Part shown: positions 38,503 to 52,010 of the stretch, one piece after another | How the letters are laid out: each line of letters opens with the position of its first letter | Numbering within the stretch: the stretch's first letter is position 1 | Assembly: GCF_001194135.2 (NCBI RefSeq) | Contig: NC_068984.1 | Coordinates: 106,083,059 to 106,147,058, forward strand | Direction of reading: 5' to 3' | DNA: 64,000 nucleotides | Source of the DNA: Octopus bimaculoides | Lineage: Eukaryota | Position numbers and translations under genes: made by a program | The notes under the pieces: model-generated | Seen by the model: the letters and a program-made list of their open reading frames with translations, nothing else | The model's database searches: none | Told to the model about the DNA's origin: nothing

Positions 38503-40999
38503 TTAATACCATCTCAGTTTTCATATTTCTGAACAACATCTGTTAGGTTTAATTCTTGACTCCTTCACTGGGAAGTTAAATTTTATGGTTATTGCATGTG
38601 TAGGCAAGAAATTTGCTTCCTAACCACATGGGTTTGGTGTTGAATCCCACTGCATGGTAACTTGAGTAGGTAACTTCTACTATAGCTTCAGGCTCACCAA
38701 ATCCATGTGAGAAGATTTGGTCGACGGAAACTGACAGGAGCCCATCATACATGTGTGTCTGTGTGTCTGTGTGTGTCTGTGTGTGTCTGTGTAGTGTAAG
38801 GTTGAACACGTATACTATTATATTTCCTTGGTTGTGTCAGACAATTCTAATAGATGGTGTCATTTCTCGTATTAACAATTTAATTACAATACTAGTTTGG
38901 GATGAATACTTTCCAATATTTAATATAATCGAATAATGCAACTTGATGACACGATAGCATGTACAACTAACAATACATATATTGATACAGCAACACACAC
39001 ACACACATTCATACACATACACATACATATACACGCATATGCATATACAGATACATGTTTTATTATATGAATAAATATATAGGTATATTTGTGCGTGTGT
39101 CCGTGTGTGTGCATATATGTGTGTGCCTGTGTGCATGTGTGTGTGAGTAAATGTGCGGCCGCTTGTGGAATGCTTGGGTATTTTGGTATTTGTATGCATA
39201 AACATTAATAATTGCGTGAGTTTAAATATATAAGATGATTATATTCGTCTCAACGGAAATTTGCCTCAATATAGTACCACANNNNNNNNNNNNNNNNNNN
39301 NNNNNNNNNNNNNNNNNNNNNNNNNNNNNNNNNNNNNNNNNNNNNNNNNNNNNNNNNNNNNNNNNNNNNNNNNNNNNNNNNGACCCCAGTATGCAACTGG
39401 CACTTAATTTATTGACCCTGAAAGGATGAAAAGCAAAGTCGGTCTCAGTGGAATTTGAACTCAGAATGTAAAGACAGACGAAATACCGCTAAGCATTTTG
39501 TCTGGCGTGCTAATGATTCTACCAGCTTGCCGCCTTAGATTCCAGTAATAATGTTAAATATCTACTAGAGAATACAATTGGTATTTTCTCGAAGTCATAC
39601 TGCCTCAATAAACTTGACATATCTCAACCAAAGATAGTTTTAAACATGACATTCCTCAACAAATGACAGATTGGCATAAAAAAGAAAAACATGAAAACAA
39701 AAAAAAAATAACTGAGTAATGAAATTTTGAATGGATATATCTGATTTCACAACAAAAGTGTTAATTTGATTTCTCAGCTAATTTGAAGTTTGTTAGACTT
39801 TCACACTATACAAACTTTGGATTCTTCTAACATTAATTTTCATAGGCAAAGCCAATTAGAACAGTGTGGAACTATGCATAGAAATACCTAATGCTAAAAA
39901 CATATAATAGTTACATGTTATACCATTTAAGTACCTTTGAAAAGATATAACTATCACAACTAATGGGGGAAATTTTTGTTATTACTAAGCTTTCGAGTAG
40001 TTTTCAGCAATGCAGATGGAGCCAAGCACACTGTAATATAACAAACACACACACACACAAGGCACAAACATGAATATACATATATAATATGCAGTCACAT
40101 ATACATGAAGATACATGCATGTGGATCTACAGGAAATGTATATACATATGATGATGATAATAAATTCTGATTGAGTCAGAAGGCCAGTAATTTTGAAGAA
40201 TGGCAGCAAGTGTAGTACATTGACCCTCCAATACTTGACTGATATGCTATTTTATTGAACCTGAAAGGATGAAAGGCAAAGTTGTCCAAATAATCATTTC
40301 AAACATGAGCACAAGGCTTATAGAAATTATTAGTGGAAGAGTGAGTCAATGAAATCAATTCCAAGTGTATGCCTGGTAATATATATTATTGACACCATAA
40401 GATTTACCTTTGTTGAGATTTGAACACAGAACATATAAAAGTAAAACAGACACTATAAAATGCTTTGTTTGATAGAACCACTAATATTGTCTGGATAACA
40501 AACAAAACAACAATGAAAACAAAAATGAAAATAAACCGGAGAAACTCCGTTGATATTAATTTCCATGATTCTGCTATCCTGAATGTTATGACAGAATATT
40601 CATTTGTTTCTTATATTCTTACAGAGTACTCACTTGCTTCTTTTATTCAGAATATTCTATTTCCTTTTGTTTAGCATTCAAAATGAGACATGGGCAACGT
40701 TAACAGAAGAATCCACAATTTACTGTTTAAAATCGTGATACCAAAAAAACAAAAACAAAAAAAAACAACAACAACAACAACACAACAGAGTTTCTACAAT
40801 TCTCTGGCAAATATCCAAGTAATATTCTATAAATTATATTCTTTAAATAACTGATTGTCTGATAAGGATAAATCATTATCTTCTAAGAAGAAGCCATTTT
40901 TACCACACATCACTGCTTAACTCTTTTGTCACACATACATATGTAATCTGAATTGGTTAACACACTAATGCTAATATATGTGTGTGTATACACACAGAA

Positions 41000-41030
<31 letters not shown>

Positions 41031-41132
41031 TATATATATGACTAGCGCCTGGTGCAGCCTTCCAGTGTGCCAACCTATGCCAGCATGGACAATGGACGCT
41101 AAATGTTAATGATGATGATGATGATGATGATG

Positions 41133-41168
<36 letters not shown>

Positions 41169-42049
41169 CAAACAAGGTCAGTTTACATATGTTCAGGACA
41201 TGTTTGACCCTATAAAGGCTTTTCACTGCAGTTTTCCATGGAGAAAAAATTCTTGCTATAAATAAAAAGGTGTTTGAATCCTAGAGCCAGCTCAGAGTCA
41301 ATGTGTGTAATCAGTAATTAATATTTACTGATTTTTCATAAAGAAAGTAAAGTTTTGAAGTTAGCTAAGAGTTGCCACTCTTGGTATCTGGTACTGAAGG
41401 GAGCTAAAGTGCAAGAAATACATCTTATGAGTCCATAGAGAATGCTGAGCTGGTTATAGCGTTCTAATACTTTTTTGCCTTAAGTGCAATTCTCTCTGCA
41501 AAACTACAGTGAAAAGCCTTTAAAGATCTATATACATTCCCCAAATATCTGAACTTATCTAAAGTTCTGTCACTGCTTTGCACATCAACCCATTCATTTA
41601 ATGTTCCTTTTTTGATGCTTGCATGGGTCAAACGAAATTTACTGAAACATTTTCCATAGTTGGATGCCCTTCCTGCCATCAACCCTCACCTATTTCCAAA
41701 CAAGATAACATTTCCCCATAGCAGAAATGTTTTCCATGGAAGACAAGAAACTAACAACATTGTTTCTAAATACATATGTACACATACATATATATATGAT
41801 TAATGAGAGACGAAGATGGAAGATAAAAGAATCTTTATTGATCACTACAATCGTTTTGACCTATCTAGCATTGATCCTTCATGAGTGAGATACTATACAA
41901 TTGATTTAGGTGTGTCCCTCAGTGTAGATGTGTCTCCTCAGGTGATTTTCATCTCTCTCATTAATTGCATACAGAACAAACACTAAGCCAGGAAATATGC
42001 TTTACCAGCAAACTACCAGGTGTATACCATGACCCATCAAGCCAAATGA

Positions 42050-42441
42050 AGTAGTAGTCATTGCTGATGCCAGTGTCGCATAACTGGCACCTGTGCTGGT
42101 GGCATGCAAAAAGCACTGTTCGAACAGTGGGCTTCACGGAAGCTGTGACAAATGACCAAGACCTTTGGCAATATACCATGTTTGAGAAGACCTGGCAAGC
42201 CAAGCGAGATCATAGTTGTGACTGATGCTGGTGTTACTTAATTGGCACCCATGCTGGTAGCATGTAAAAAGCATCCACCACACTCTTGGAGCGGTGGGCA
42301 TTAAGAAGGGCATCCAGCTGTAGAAACCATGCCAAATCAGACTGGAACCTAGTGCAGCTCCCCCAGCTTACCAGTTTTCAGCCAAACCATCCAACCCATG
42401 CCAGCTTGGAAAACAGATGTTAAATGATGATGATGATGATA
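42050..42441 (+). mobile_element. RTE ORF2 end and 3' UTR fragment
   Basis: GFTEAVTNDQDLWQY...EKTWQAK followed by the RTE tail with (GAT)n. Confidence 0.8.
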
Positions 42442-43786
42442 TATANNNNNNNNNNNNNNNTATATATATATATATATATATGAAATTTACAAATGTATAT
42501 ATGTTATATATTGCTATCTTTCTCTCTCTGTCTTTCTCTCTATATATATACATACATACATACATACTGTATTGTTCCATTAATTGGTAAGGGCAACAAA
42601 AAATTACTCCATCTGACAAGAGACATCATTTAATATAAGCAGGATTTAAAACTGAGCTACTTTAATTTTCATATTTACAAAAGTACTATAGTTAGGTGAG
42701 CTTGTATAGCATGCTATGTACTATAAGGCAATCTTTCAGGCTCAAGATACAATATAGCTGTTCTATGAGAAAGAATGAGAAAAGAAAGCAAATGACAAAA
42801 GGAGAGAATATGCAATTTCCTTTGGGCCCTATATGGGTCCTTGTCAGTATATCTTAACTAAGTTTCCAGTGTAGATCACAAATCTGTGATGTTTATAGCC
42901 AACTTTCAAAAGAGCAAACACACTATGTTACTCTGTTCTGCTGATCTAATTTAAATTTTATCTACAAGTGTTTTGTCCAAGTCCATTGGTACACAAGGTT
43001 GGTAGGGGTCAGCCAGTTGAAAGATAATGAGCATGTTTGTGAAGCATCCCAATCTCTGTACAATCTCAGCATGCCTCAACCATATCATTTTATTTGCTTA
43101 ATAGCATCAATCAATGAGTATTTCTACAAATGTTTTCAGAGGCTTGAACGATGTGTGATTATCTGGAGTATAAATAGTCATTGGTCTGAAGGTACTGCCT
43201 TTATTGTTGTTCTCATGCAAGGATACTGACTTACTAGCTGAGTATACAAAGATCATCCTTATCTACAGCTCCAAACCATCCACATCAATATGATCCCACA
43301 TAATTCATTTGTGTGTAAGTCACCCGGAAGAAGAATAAGTCTATAGGCCCCTGACATCCTGATTTCACTGACAATTAGATTTAAAGTGAATAACCTGAAA
43401 TCATTCAACAGATGTGTGTCTACACCATATACATGTATACTACATATTTTTACAATTTTCATTTAAAATCTGGTGTGGTTTTCACTTCGGCATATTTTGC
43501 TGTTACATTTAATGAAGTGCATCAAAGTGTTGTAATCCTGAACAATACTGAACTGAGAAAGTTTTTGTTATTTCAAATGCTGTTGTAGTTGTAGTTGCTT
43601 CTGTATTTGTCACTGCCATTGGACTTGCTGTTGAAAGAAGTTGGTTGACTGATCTTTGATATCTCACCTCTAGCATACCATCAGTTCATGTCTTGAGGTT
43701 TGAGACAACTGATCTTCATTGTCCTTCTCTTCTTCAAACCCACCAATTTGGCTAGACACAAATCCACATATGTATGTGCATTTGTT

Positions 43787-44172
43787 GTGGAGGCGCAATG
43801 ACCCAGTGGTTAGGGCAGCGGACTCGCGGCCATAGGATCGCGGTTTCAATTCCCAGAACAGGCGTTGTGAGTGTTTATTGAGCGAAAACACCTAAAATCT
43901 CCACAAGGCTCTAGCAGGGGATGATGGCGAACCCTGCTGTACTCTTCCACCACAACTTTCTCTCACTCCTACTTCCTGTTTCTGTTGTGCCTGTAATTCA
44001 AAGGGGTCAGCCTTGTCACACTGCGTCACGCTGAATATCCCCGAGAACTACGTTAAGGGTACACGTGTCTGTGGAGTTCTCAGCCACTTGCACGTTAATT
44101 TCATGAGCAGGCTGTTCCGTTGATCGGATCAACAGGAACCCTCAACGTCGTAAGCGACGGAGTGCCAACAAC
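43787..44172 (+). mobile_element. tRNA-headed SINE (about 390 bp); tail shared with the minus-strand element at about 56215-56547
   Basis: TGACCCAGTGG and GTTTCAATTCC boxes; (CAA)n end; CACGTTAATTTCA(T/C)(G/A)AGCAGG shared tail. Confidence 0.7.
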
Positions 44173-46272
44173 AAATGTGCATCAGTTATTTTTAAGAGGA
44201 GAGCACATGTACAACGCTAAAGGGAAATCTGCTGCTGCAGTAATTGGAAGAGTTATGGTTGCTTTTCTTGCCACAAAGAGTTATTATGATAATGCTACTA
44301 TTGCTGTATCATTAGTGCTAACTGCAGGGAAAGTCACACAAACTTTTATTTCATGACAGAATAGAAGGCCCTCAAGTTATTTCTGTTACCAAATATGTAA
44401 TAATTAGACTTTCTGCTCTTTATGGTCCTATGCAACCCTCTGGTAGAGCAAATATAGCCAATTTTTCAGTCATCTGTACAAAAAGTTTTTTATGACTTTG
44501 CTGCATTTAACAAGTACACGGTTGCATTTAACACAGCTGCAAGTGCTATCAATGTTGATGTTTATGGTGGAGGTGTTGTTCTGATTCATACTTTCCATGT
44601 TTCTCTCAGGAGCAATGGTGGCTCAGTGTATGCTAACCTTTAGATTAGACTCAGTAGATGTTTAACTCTAGATTAAACTCAACTGAAGCTTGCCTTGAGA
44701 TTAGATCCAGTATATGCCAGTCTCTAGATTAGGCATTTTGAAATGACATCAGAAGTAATAGAAATATACTACTGACATATCCTGCAGTATCTGAAAAATC
44801 CAATTGATTTGTTTGTCTGTCTCAGACAATACATATAGACACACACACACACGTGTGCACACATATACAAGCAATGATCAGTAATATTTTCTTCAGAGAT
44901 TATTCTTATCCCAACAGAATTGACACAAGAAACAACTGATCTAATAAAAGTTTCAGATAAAAGAGAAACAACAGAAGAATCAATTGTCTCTGTTAGGTGC
45001 CGAGACAATTTAATAAGACTGTTGGCTGTTGTGTCCGCTGAAAATATATTTTGCTAACAAACTTAATCAGCAATATTTTTAGTGTCATTGTAAAAAAAAA
45101 GAAGCAGGAATATTTTTTAAAAAAAAGATTTTCAGGATGTGACATCATTACTATCTGACTAGCATCATTAACATCAAACTGCTTCTTCTCCATAAAGAAT
45201 GTTTCTTCGCCAACATAGCTAGATATAACGGAATAACAAAAAAAAAAAAAAAACCCCAGACTAAACCGACTTTATTGATCTTGTTAAAATAGGCCTCAAT
45301 CTGGCTTTTAACAACATTCATTTGCACATTGAATATTGAAATAAAAAGAAAGACAGAAAAAGTACATCAAAAGAATTCAAAACTGCAAATTTGGATAAAA
45401 TATTTTACTAGTTTATGACTAAACTGATGCCTCTAAGCAGTCCTTCAAACTGCTAGAGCTAGCAACCAAATCCCATTCAAATCACACCCTATCATCTCAA
45501 TGAAATATCTATAAGAATAAAAGATGGGATGATTGGAACTGGAGTGCCTTTGATTACGGATCTAGCCTATTGGGGTGATCTGTTTTAAACAATAACCAAA
45601 TAACTTACAATGTTCTAATTTTATAATACATGACAAGTTAAGATTACAAGTTTCTTGGCTGACTGTTGAACGGTTGCTACTTCATATCCTATAAGCAGCA
45701 ACTCTGCTTAGTTCATGACCATAACTGAAATTCTTAATTCTCAAAGCTGTAAATAGGTCTCCAAGCTGTAAATAGGTCACATTAGTAGTTATGATTCAAT
45801 ACTATAAGATGGAGCAATATATAAATTAAGGGTTTTATATATTAGATTGCAGTAAAGTGTAACATAAAAAAGATGGCTCATTTTATCTAAGTAATTTATC
45901 CTATAGGCACTACATAAGGACAAAGACTTCAGGGTGCCACCTTCCACACAAAAAAGAGAGAGGCATGGGTGTGGTTGTGTGGTTCAGTAGTTTGCTTCCC
46001 AAGCAAATTGTTTTGGATTTAGTACCATTGTGTGACACCTTGGGCAATTATTTTCTCCTATAGATGCAAGCTACTTGGAGAATTGTGAGTGAATTTAGAA
46101 ACTAAAAGAAGCCTATCATGTGTCTTTGTTCATATATATATATATATATATATATTGGAAGGTTTGGAGGTGATGTACAGGAATTATATATTAGAAAAAA
46201 TAATAATCAGGTACTCAGCTGTCTGGATAGTTGTATATTTACAGATTTTTATTTATATGTCACATGTTTTAT

Positions 46273-46313
46273 AAATTAGCACTTTCACCTAGTCTTGTAG
46301 GTTCATCAAATTT
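46273..46313 (-). ncRNA. Minimal type-I hammerhead motif (U3 variant), mirrored on the plus strand at 46308-46344
   Basis: AAAU-UUGAUGA-ACCUA(CAAGAC)UAGGU-GAAA-GUGC-UA/-AUUU. The plus-strand mirror has GCGC in stem III but no stem I partner. Confidence 0.65.
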
Positions 46314-46373
46314 GATGAACCTACAAGACTAGGTGAAAGCGCTATCCAGACATCTGAGTACCTGATTATTATT

Positions 46374-46425
<52 letters not shown>

Positions 46426-46547
46426 TATGTGGATATATGTATATATATGTATGTGTATATGTGTCTGTGAATGTGTGTGTGTATATATATTTTTGTTTTT
46501 GCATTTGGTTTGCAAGATTCTTTATGTGAATGCGTGTGTCGAAGCAT

Positions 46548-47134
46548 ATTTTACTGTGTCTGCGGAGAGTCATTCTCTTTCAGTGCTTTATTACTTAACA
46601 CACTCACCAGTTCGATTTCCACTCATTTACATATTTATTTTTCCTAATATTTTCGTTGTGTCTTGCAACCTCTTCAATAATTGTTGACTTTGTCCATTAT
46701 CAGAGCTGCATTCTTTTTGTTTCTTTGTTTGTGTGCATGTGTGTGCATCAGTGTGCATGTGTACACACGTATGTATGTATGCATGTGTGTATGCATGTAT
46801 GTGTGTGCATATATGTCTGTGTGTCTGTGTATGCATATATATGTGCGCATGTGTATGTTTGTATGTATGTATTCTGCATATTCATATGTCTGTGTGTTTG
46901 TATGTGTGTGTACCTCTGTCTCCTTGTTTGTGCATGTTTGAGTGTGTCTATGTGTATGGGTTTGTGTGACTATGTATGTGCATCTGTTATGTATGGATGT
47001 GTATCTCCATATGTGTTCTAGTGTGTGCGTATAAAGTGTGTGTGTGTGAAGTGTGCATGAGTGCAAAGGGTGCATGTGTATGTATGGTCATGTGTTTCAG
47101 TCTTCATTTGTGTATGTGTGTATGTGTATGTGCA
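46548..47134 (-). repeat. Left inverted arm (inverted pLTR-like) of the PLE; partner 48332-48772
   Basis: Reverse complement aligns with 48332-48772 (shared CAGCTCTGATAA, TTGAAGAGGTTGCAAGA, GTGTGTTAAGTAATAAA). Contains a hammerhead-like core at 46645-46677. Confidence 0.8.
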
Positions 47135-47136
47135 TA

Positions 47137-48165
47137 ATGGAGAGGATCCAGCATGTAGCTAACTCCATCCACCAAAGTATCAAGGTAACTATAAATTACC
47201 CCACTAGGCACTCTAACAATAGACTCCCTGTTCTTGATACTGAACTTTGATTAGAGACTGTGAACAACAGAGTGCAGCTCCTCTACTCCTATTACATGAA
47301 ACCCATAACTTCTAAACATGTTATTCACAAGAACTCAGCTTTGTGACACAACATAAAAATCAACATACTAATAGCAGACATAGTTAGGATAATGAATGTG
47401 TCCCCACTATGTGAACCCTATGAAACAAAGAAACATGTACAGATCTTCATGTACCACATGCAATTCTCTGGATATGACCAGAAAGATAGGGTTCGAGTAT
47501 ACAGGCGAACTAGAAAGTTAGATAGCATTATATGTAATGAAACCAGTGGTATCTGCCCTAGATATAGAAGTAAAGACTGGAATAAGATACAAAGAGTTTG
47601 TGACAAAGCAAATAGGGTGAACACGTGGTACAAGACCAACAAATATCAAGAGGTGATGTTTATAGAGGTCACAGCCCATGGAGAACTAGCCTGAAGATTT
47701 AGGGAAGCTCTGAATGATACCAAACTCAACATTAAGATCGTTGAAAAGCCAGGGAGCACCAACAGATCACAACTATGTAGGATGTACCCCTTTGAGAATA
47801 CCATATGCACCAATAATAACTACATGGTATGTAAGATTAACCCTGGCATTAACTGTGGAACTAGAAACGTCGTCTACAACACAAGGTGCATAGAAGGTGC
47901 TGGTAAAAGCAAGAACATGATATACATAGGTGAGACATTTAGAAGCATTGTGGAGAGACTAAATGAACATTTGAAACAATATGATGACAAAAAACAGTCC
48001 GCCATACTCTACTAACATGTTAAAGACCAGCATGGAGGCAAATTGGGTTAACTTGACATCTGCATTTCATCCAAGCACCTGAAGGACCCAACACTCAGAA
48101 AAAATAAAGGAGTATGTTCTCATAAATGAACCATCCCCAGTACTAAATAGGAAATATACATAGAA
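47137..48165 (+). pseudogene. Penelope-like element (PLE): RT C-terminus/thumb and GIY-YIG endonuclease, 5'-truncated, with in-frame stops
   Basis: ORFs 47053-47250, 47392-47694 and 47782-48015 share one frame. Motifs LPVLDTEL, YMKP..SK..IHKNSA and CGTRNVVY..RC...IYIGET.RS..ERLNEH. Confidence 0.85.
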
Positions 48166-48232
48166 AGTAGTCATACCCTAATACCCACAGTTTATATATA
48201 CACAGGTAGAGTTGTTAGTAGTCTGTTATGTA

Positions 48233-48268
<36 letters not shown>

Positions 48269-48331
48269 GGTAAATAGATATGTAACTAAAAGACAGAAAA
48301 ATAGATAGTACATAGGTAAATGGACAGACAA

Positions 48332-48772
48332 GCACACTCACGTACACACACACACAAATAAAAACTGAAACACGTGACCATACACACACTACACACACAC
48401 ACAAGGACACATGGAGACACACATTCATGCATAACAGATACACATACATAGTAAAACAAACCCTTACATGCAGACACACTCAAACATGCACACACAAACA
48501 CATGAATATGCAGAATACATACATACAAACGTATGCACACGCATACATATATATATGCATACACACATACATTCATAAATATGTGTATACACGTGCACAA
48601 ACAAAGGAACAAAAAGAACGCAGCTCTGATAACAGACAAATCAATGACTATTGAAGAGGTTGCAAGATGTAATGAAAATCTTAGAAAAAATAAATAAATG
48701 AATAGAAATTGAACCAGTGTGTTAAGTAATAAAACACTAAAAGAGAATGGCTCTCCCCAAACACAATATATA
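48332..48772 (+). repeat. Right arm (3' pLTR-like) of the PLE; truncated by an N gap
   Basis: Follows the GIY-YIG ORF. Hammerhead-like core UUGAAGA-GGUUG..-GAAA-AUCU-UA at 48651-48683. Confidence 0.8.
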
Positions 48773-49083
48773 ANNNNNNNNNNNNNNNNNNNNNNNNNNN
48801 NNNNNNNNNNNNNNNNNNNNNNNNNNNNNNNNNNNNNNNNNNNNNNNNNNNNNNNNNNNNNNNNNNNNNNNNNNNNNNNNNNNNNNNNNNNNNNNNNNNN
48901 NNNNNNNNNNNNNNNNNNNNNNNNNNNNNNNNNNNNNNNNNNNNNNNNNNNNNNNNNNNNNNNNNNNNNNNNNNNNNNNNNNNNNNNNNNNNNNNNNNNN
49001 NNNNNNNNNNNNNNNNNNNNNNNNNNNNNNNNNNNNNNNNNNNNNNNNNNNNNNNNNNNNNNNNNNNNNNNNNNNNNNNNNNN

Positions 49084-50309
49084 ATATGAACAAAATATTA
49101 ACTTTCAAATGTTACAAAAATATGTACACCCTAAAAGAAATTTACTATATTCAATATTTTATTCACTTTTTTTTACTAAATTCAAATATTGCTGATAATT
49201 TCAATTTTAATAAATTATTTCTCCTAGCAGTTTTGCACTGGTCATTGTTATTGCATCTGCAAGAATTCTGATTTGTATACCATGGGTTTTATATAAAATC
49301 TTCTTCATCGTGATTAAAATGGCACCAAAAGGAAAAGAATTGTCTGGAGATTTGAAAATTATTTTTAATTTGCACAAGAATGGTTTAGGATACAAGTTAA
49401 TTAGCAAACGAATACCTATTAGTGTAAACTCAGTTCTCAAAGTAATTCAGAAGTACAAAGCTACTGGGCAGCTAAGCAATAAACATAGTCCAGGTCGTCC
49501 TATTTTAACTGCGAGTGATATTCGCTATGTCCAATGTTGCATGATGGATGACAGGCGTCATACCGCTTCATCTTTGGCCCAAGAAGTGTCTTTTGTTAGT
49601 GGAAAGAGAGTATCTGCTCAAATGATTCACTGATGTTTGAACCAGTGTGGTATTCATGGACGGATTCCTTGTAGGAAGCTTCTCCTCACGACTAGGCTCA
49701 TATCAAGCTGTCTTTCTTTTGCTCTATGTGAGTAAGAGGAAGGAATTTTGGAATAAAGTTCTTTTTTCTGACGAGACTAAAATCAACTTGTTTGGGTCAG
49801 AGGGTATTAAACGAGTATGGTGACGAACAGGTGAAGATAATAGTAACAAATGCACTATGCCTATCATGAAATACGGTGGCGGAAGTGTTATGTTTTGGGA
49901 ATGCATGAGTGCAGCTGGTGTGGGAGGACTCACATATATTGAGAAAACAATGGATTCAAGGATTTATAGTGACATATTGCTGAAAACAATGTTGAAAAGC
50001 ATCAAGGAACTAGGAAGACATTCCATGTTCCAACACATCTCAAAGACAAAGACTAAATATTGAATATAAATGATGACCAAGTATTGGATATAGCAAATAA
50101 TCCTTTAGGGTGTACATATTTTTGTATCGTTTGAAAATTAATATATCGTTCATAACATTGAAAATGTTTATTGTTTTGTGTTCCAAATTTGTATAATGTT
50201 TGCAGGTATAATATATATTATTCAGTATAAATTTCGTTTGATTCCCTATGAGAGTAATAGCAATTTTATTGAAATTTTTTAGGGGTGTACATACTTCTGT
50301 GAAATACTG
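49084..50309 (+). mobile_element. Tc1-family transposon with long IR/DR-type ends; transposase from 49319, decayed and deleted after the second D
   Basis: MAPKGKELS...GRP...; NKVLFSDETKINLFGS; KYGGGSVMFW; FQH then deletion. The right end has two DRs (TAGGG(G)TGTACATA) and ends ...ATACTG|TA. The inner part of the left TIR is at 49084-49165; the rest falls in the gap. Confidence 0.9.
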
Positions 50310-51138
50310 TATACACACACACACACATATATGCATGTGATATTGTCTTGTCTTCACTATGTCTGATAGTTATAAACAAATGTCACCATAAGGCAAGTTG
50401 TGTCCATCATTTCTAATCTACTGTGAAAACCTGTCTGATCATTGGGAAATATTACTTTTCTTGAAACAGGTGGGGGTTGGTGACAGGAAGAGCATCCAGT
50501 TGTAAAAAAAATCTACCTCAAACATTATATCTGGCCCACACAAGTATAGAGAAGTAGATGTTAAAATGATGATGGTGACTTACTATATTTCCTTTACTCA
50601 ACTCCAAATCCTCTCACAAGGCTTTGGTCTTCTACAATAGCCAGGGGCTATTGTAAAAGACACTTGCCTGAGGTACCCTGCAATGGGGCTGAAGCAGTAA
50701 CCATGTGAATGGAAAAGAAATGTCTTACTAAACAGCTGCTTTTGGAGAGCTGTAGTTTATTTTCATATACAGACTGGAATATTTTATTGGTATTTAACTT
50801 ACTGACCTCAAAGATATGAGAAAAAAACCCCCAAACAAACACAAAAATAACAGACGAACAACAACAAAAATCCTCAAAAGCAAAAAAAAAAACCGAAAGG
50901 GATGAATCTGATGAAATTTGAATGCAGAAATGATGTTGGAGGAAATAAATACTAAAATGCAACGAATAAAAATTTCTTACTACATCAGCTATGATCACTG
51001 CTGCTATTTTGTGATCCCCCACACAAAGTTTGATATATATCCAGGAGGCATTCCATCATATCTTTTCTCATGTATCAACTAGCATTACAGTCTATATTTC
51101 TTGAAGACTAACAATATGTGTATGTATGTATGTAAGTA

Positions 51139-51174
<36 letters not shown>

Positions 51175-51177
<3 letters not shown>

Positions 51178-51780
51178 GAAAATGAAAAATAATAATAAGG
51201 CAAAATGCTAAACTGGAAGCATATTTTAATAAAGATTTCTAACCGGCTTTCATTGCAATGCAAATTTTCAAGAAGAGGGAGAATGAAAATGTTTTTTACA
51301 AAGAAGTACAAAATGAAGAAAATAATATATAAAAGAATATATATACCAATACATTATATTGTCTTTGAGCTTTTGAAGTTCAATGGTAGTTCATGTATAT
51401 AATNNNNNNNNNNNNNNNNNNNNNNNNNNNNNNNNNNNNNNNNNNNNNNNNNNNNNNNNNNNNNNNNNNNNNNNNNNNNNNNNNNNNNNNNNNNNNNNNN
51501 NNNNNNNNNNNNNATGCATCCTTATTTTTCCAACCATTATATACATGAACTACCATTGAACTTCAAAAGCTCAAAGACAATATAATGTATTGGTATATAT
51601 ATTTTTTTATATATTATTTTTTTAATATATTATTTTCTTCATTTTGTACTTCTTTGTAAAAAACATTTTCATTCTCCCTCTTCTTGAAAATTTGCTTCGC
51701 AATTAAAGCCGGTTAGAAATCTTTATTAAAATATGCTTCCAGTTTAGCATTCTGCCTTATTATTATTTTTCATTTTCCTA
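51175..51780. repeat. About 230-bp inverted repeat enclosing an N gap (MITE- or TIR-like)
   Basis: 51175-51403 versus 51536-51780. The left arm starts TA|CAGGAAAATG. Confidence 0.9.
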
Positions 51781-51836
51781 TTATTTCTCCACGTGCTGTT
51801 AACACAACCCCACTATTTACTGACTTATATATACAC

Positions 51837-51868
<32 letters not shown>

Positions 51869-52010
51869 TGATAAATATATATATATATAAATATAAATAT
51901 GTATGTATTCATATATGTATATATAAATATATGTATATATTGATGTAGATATATACATAAATATATATATTGATATATGTATATATAAATACATGTATAT
52001 ATTGATATAT

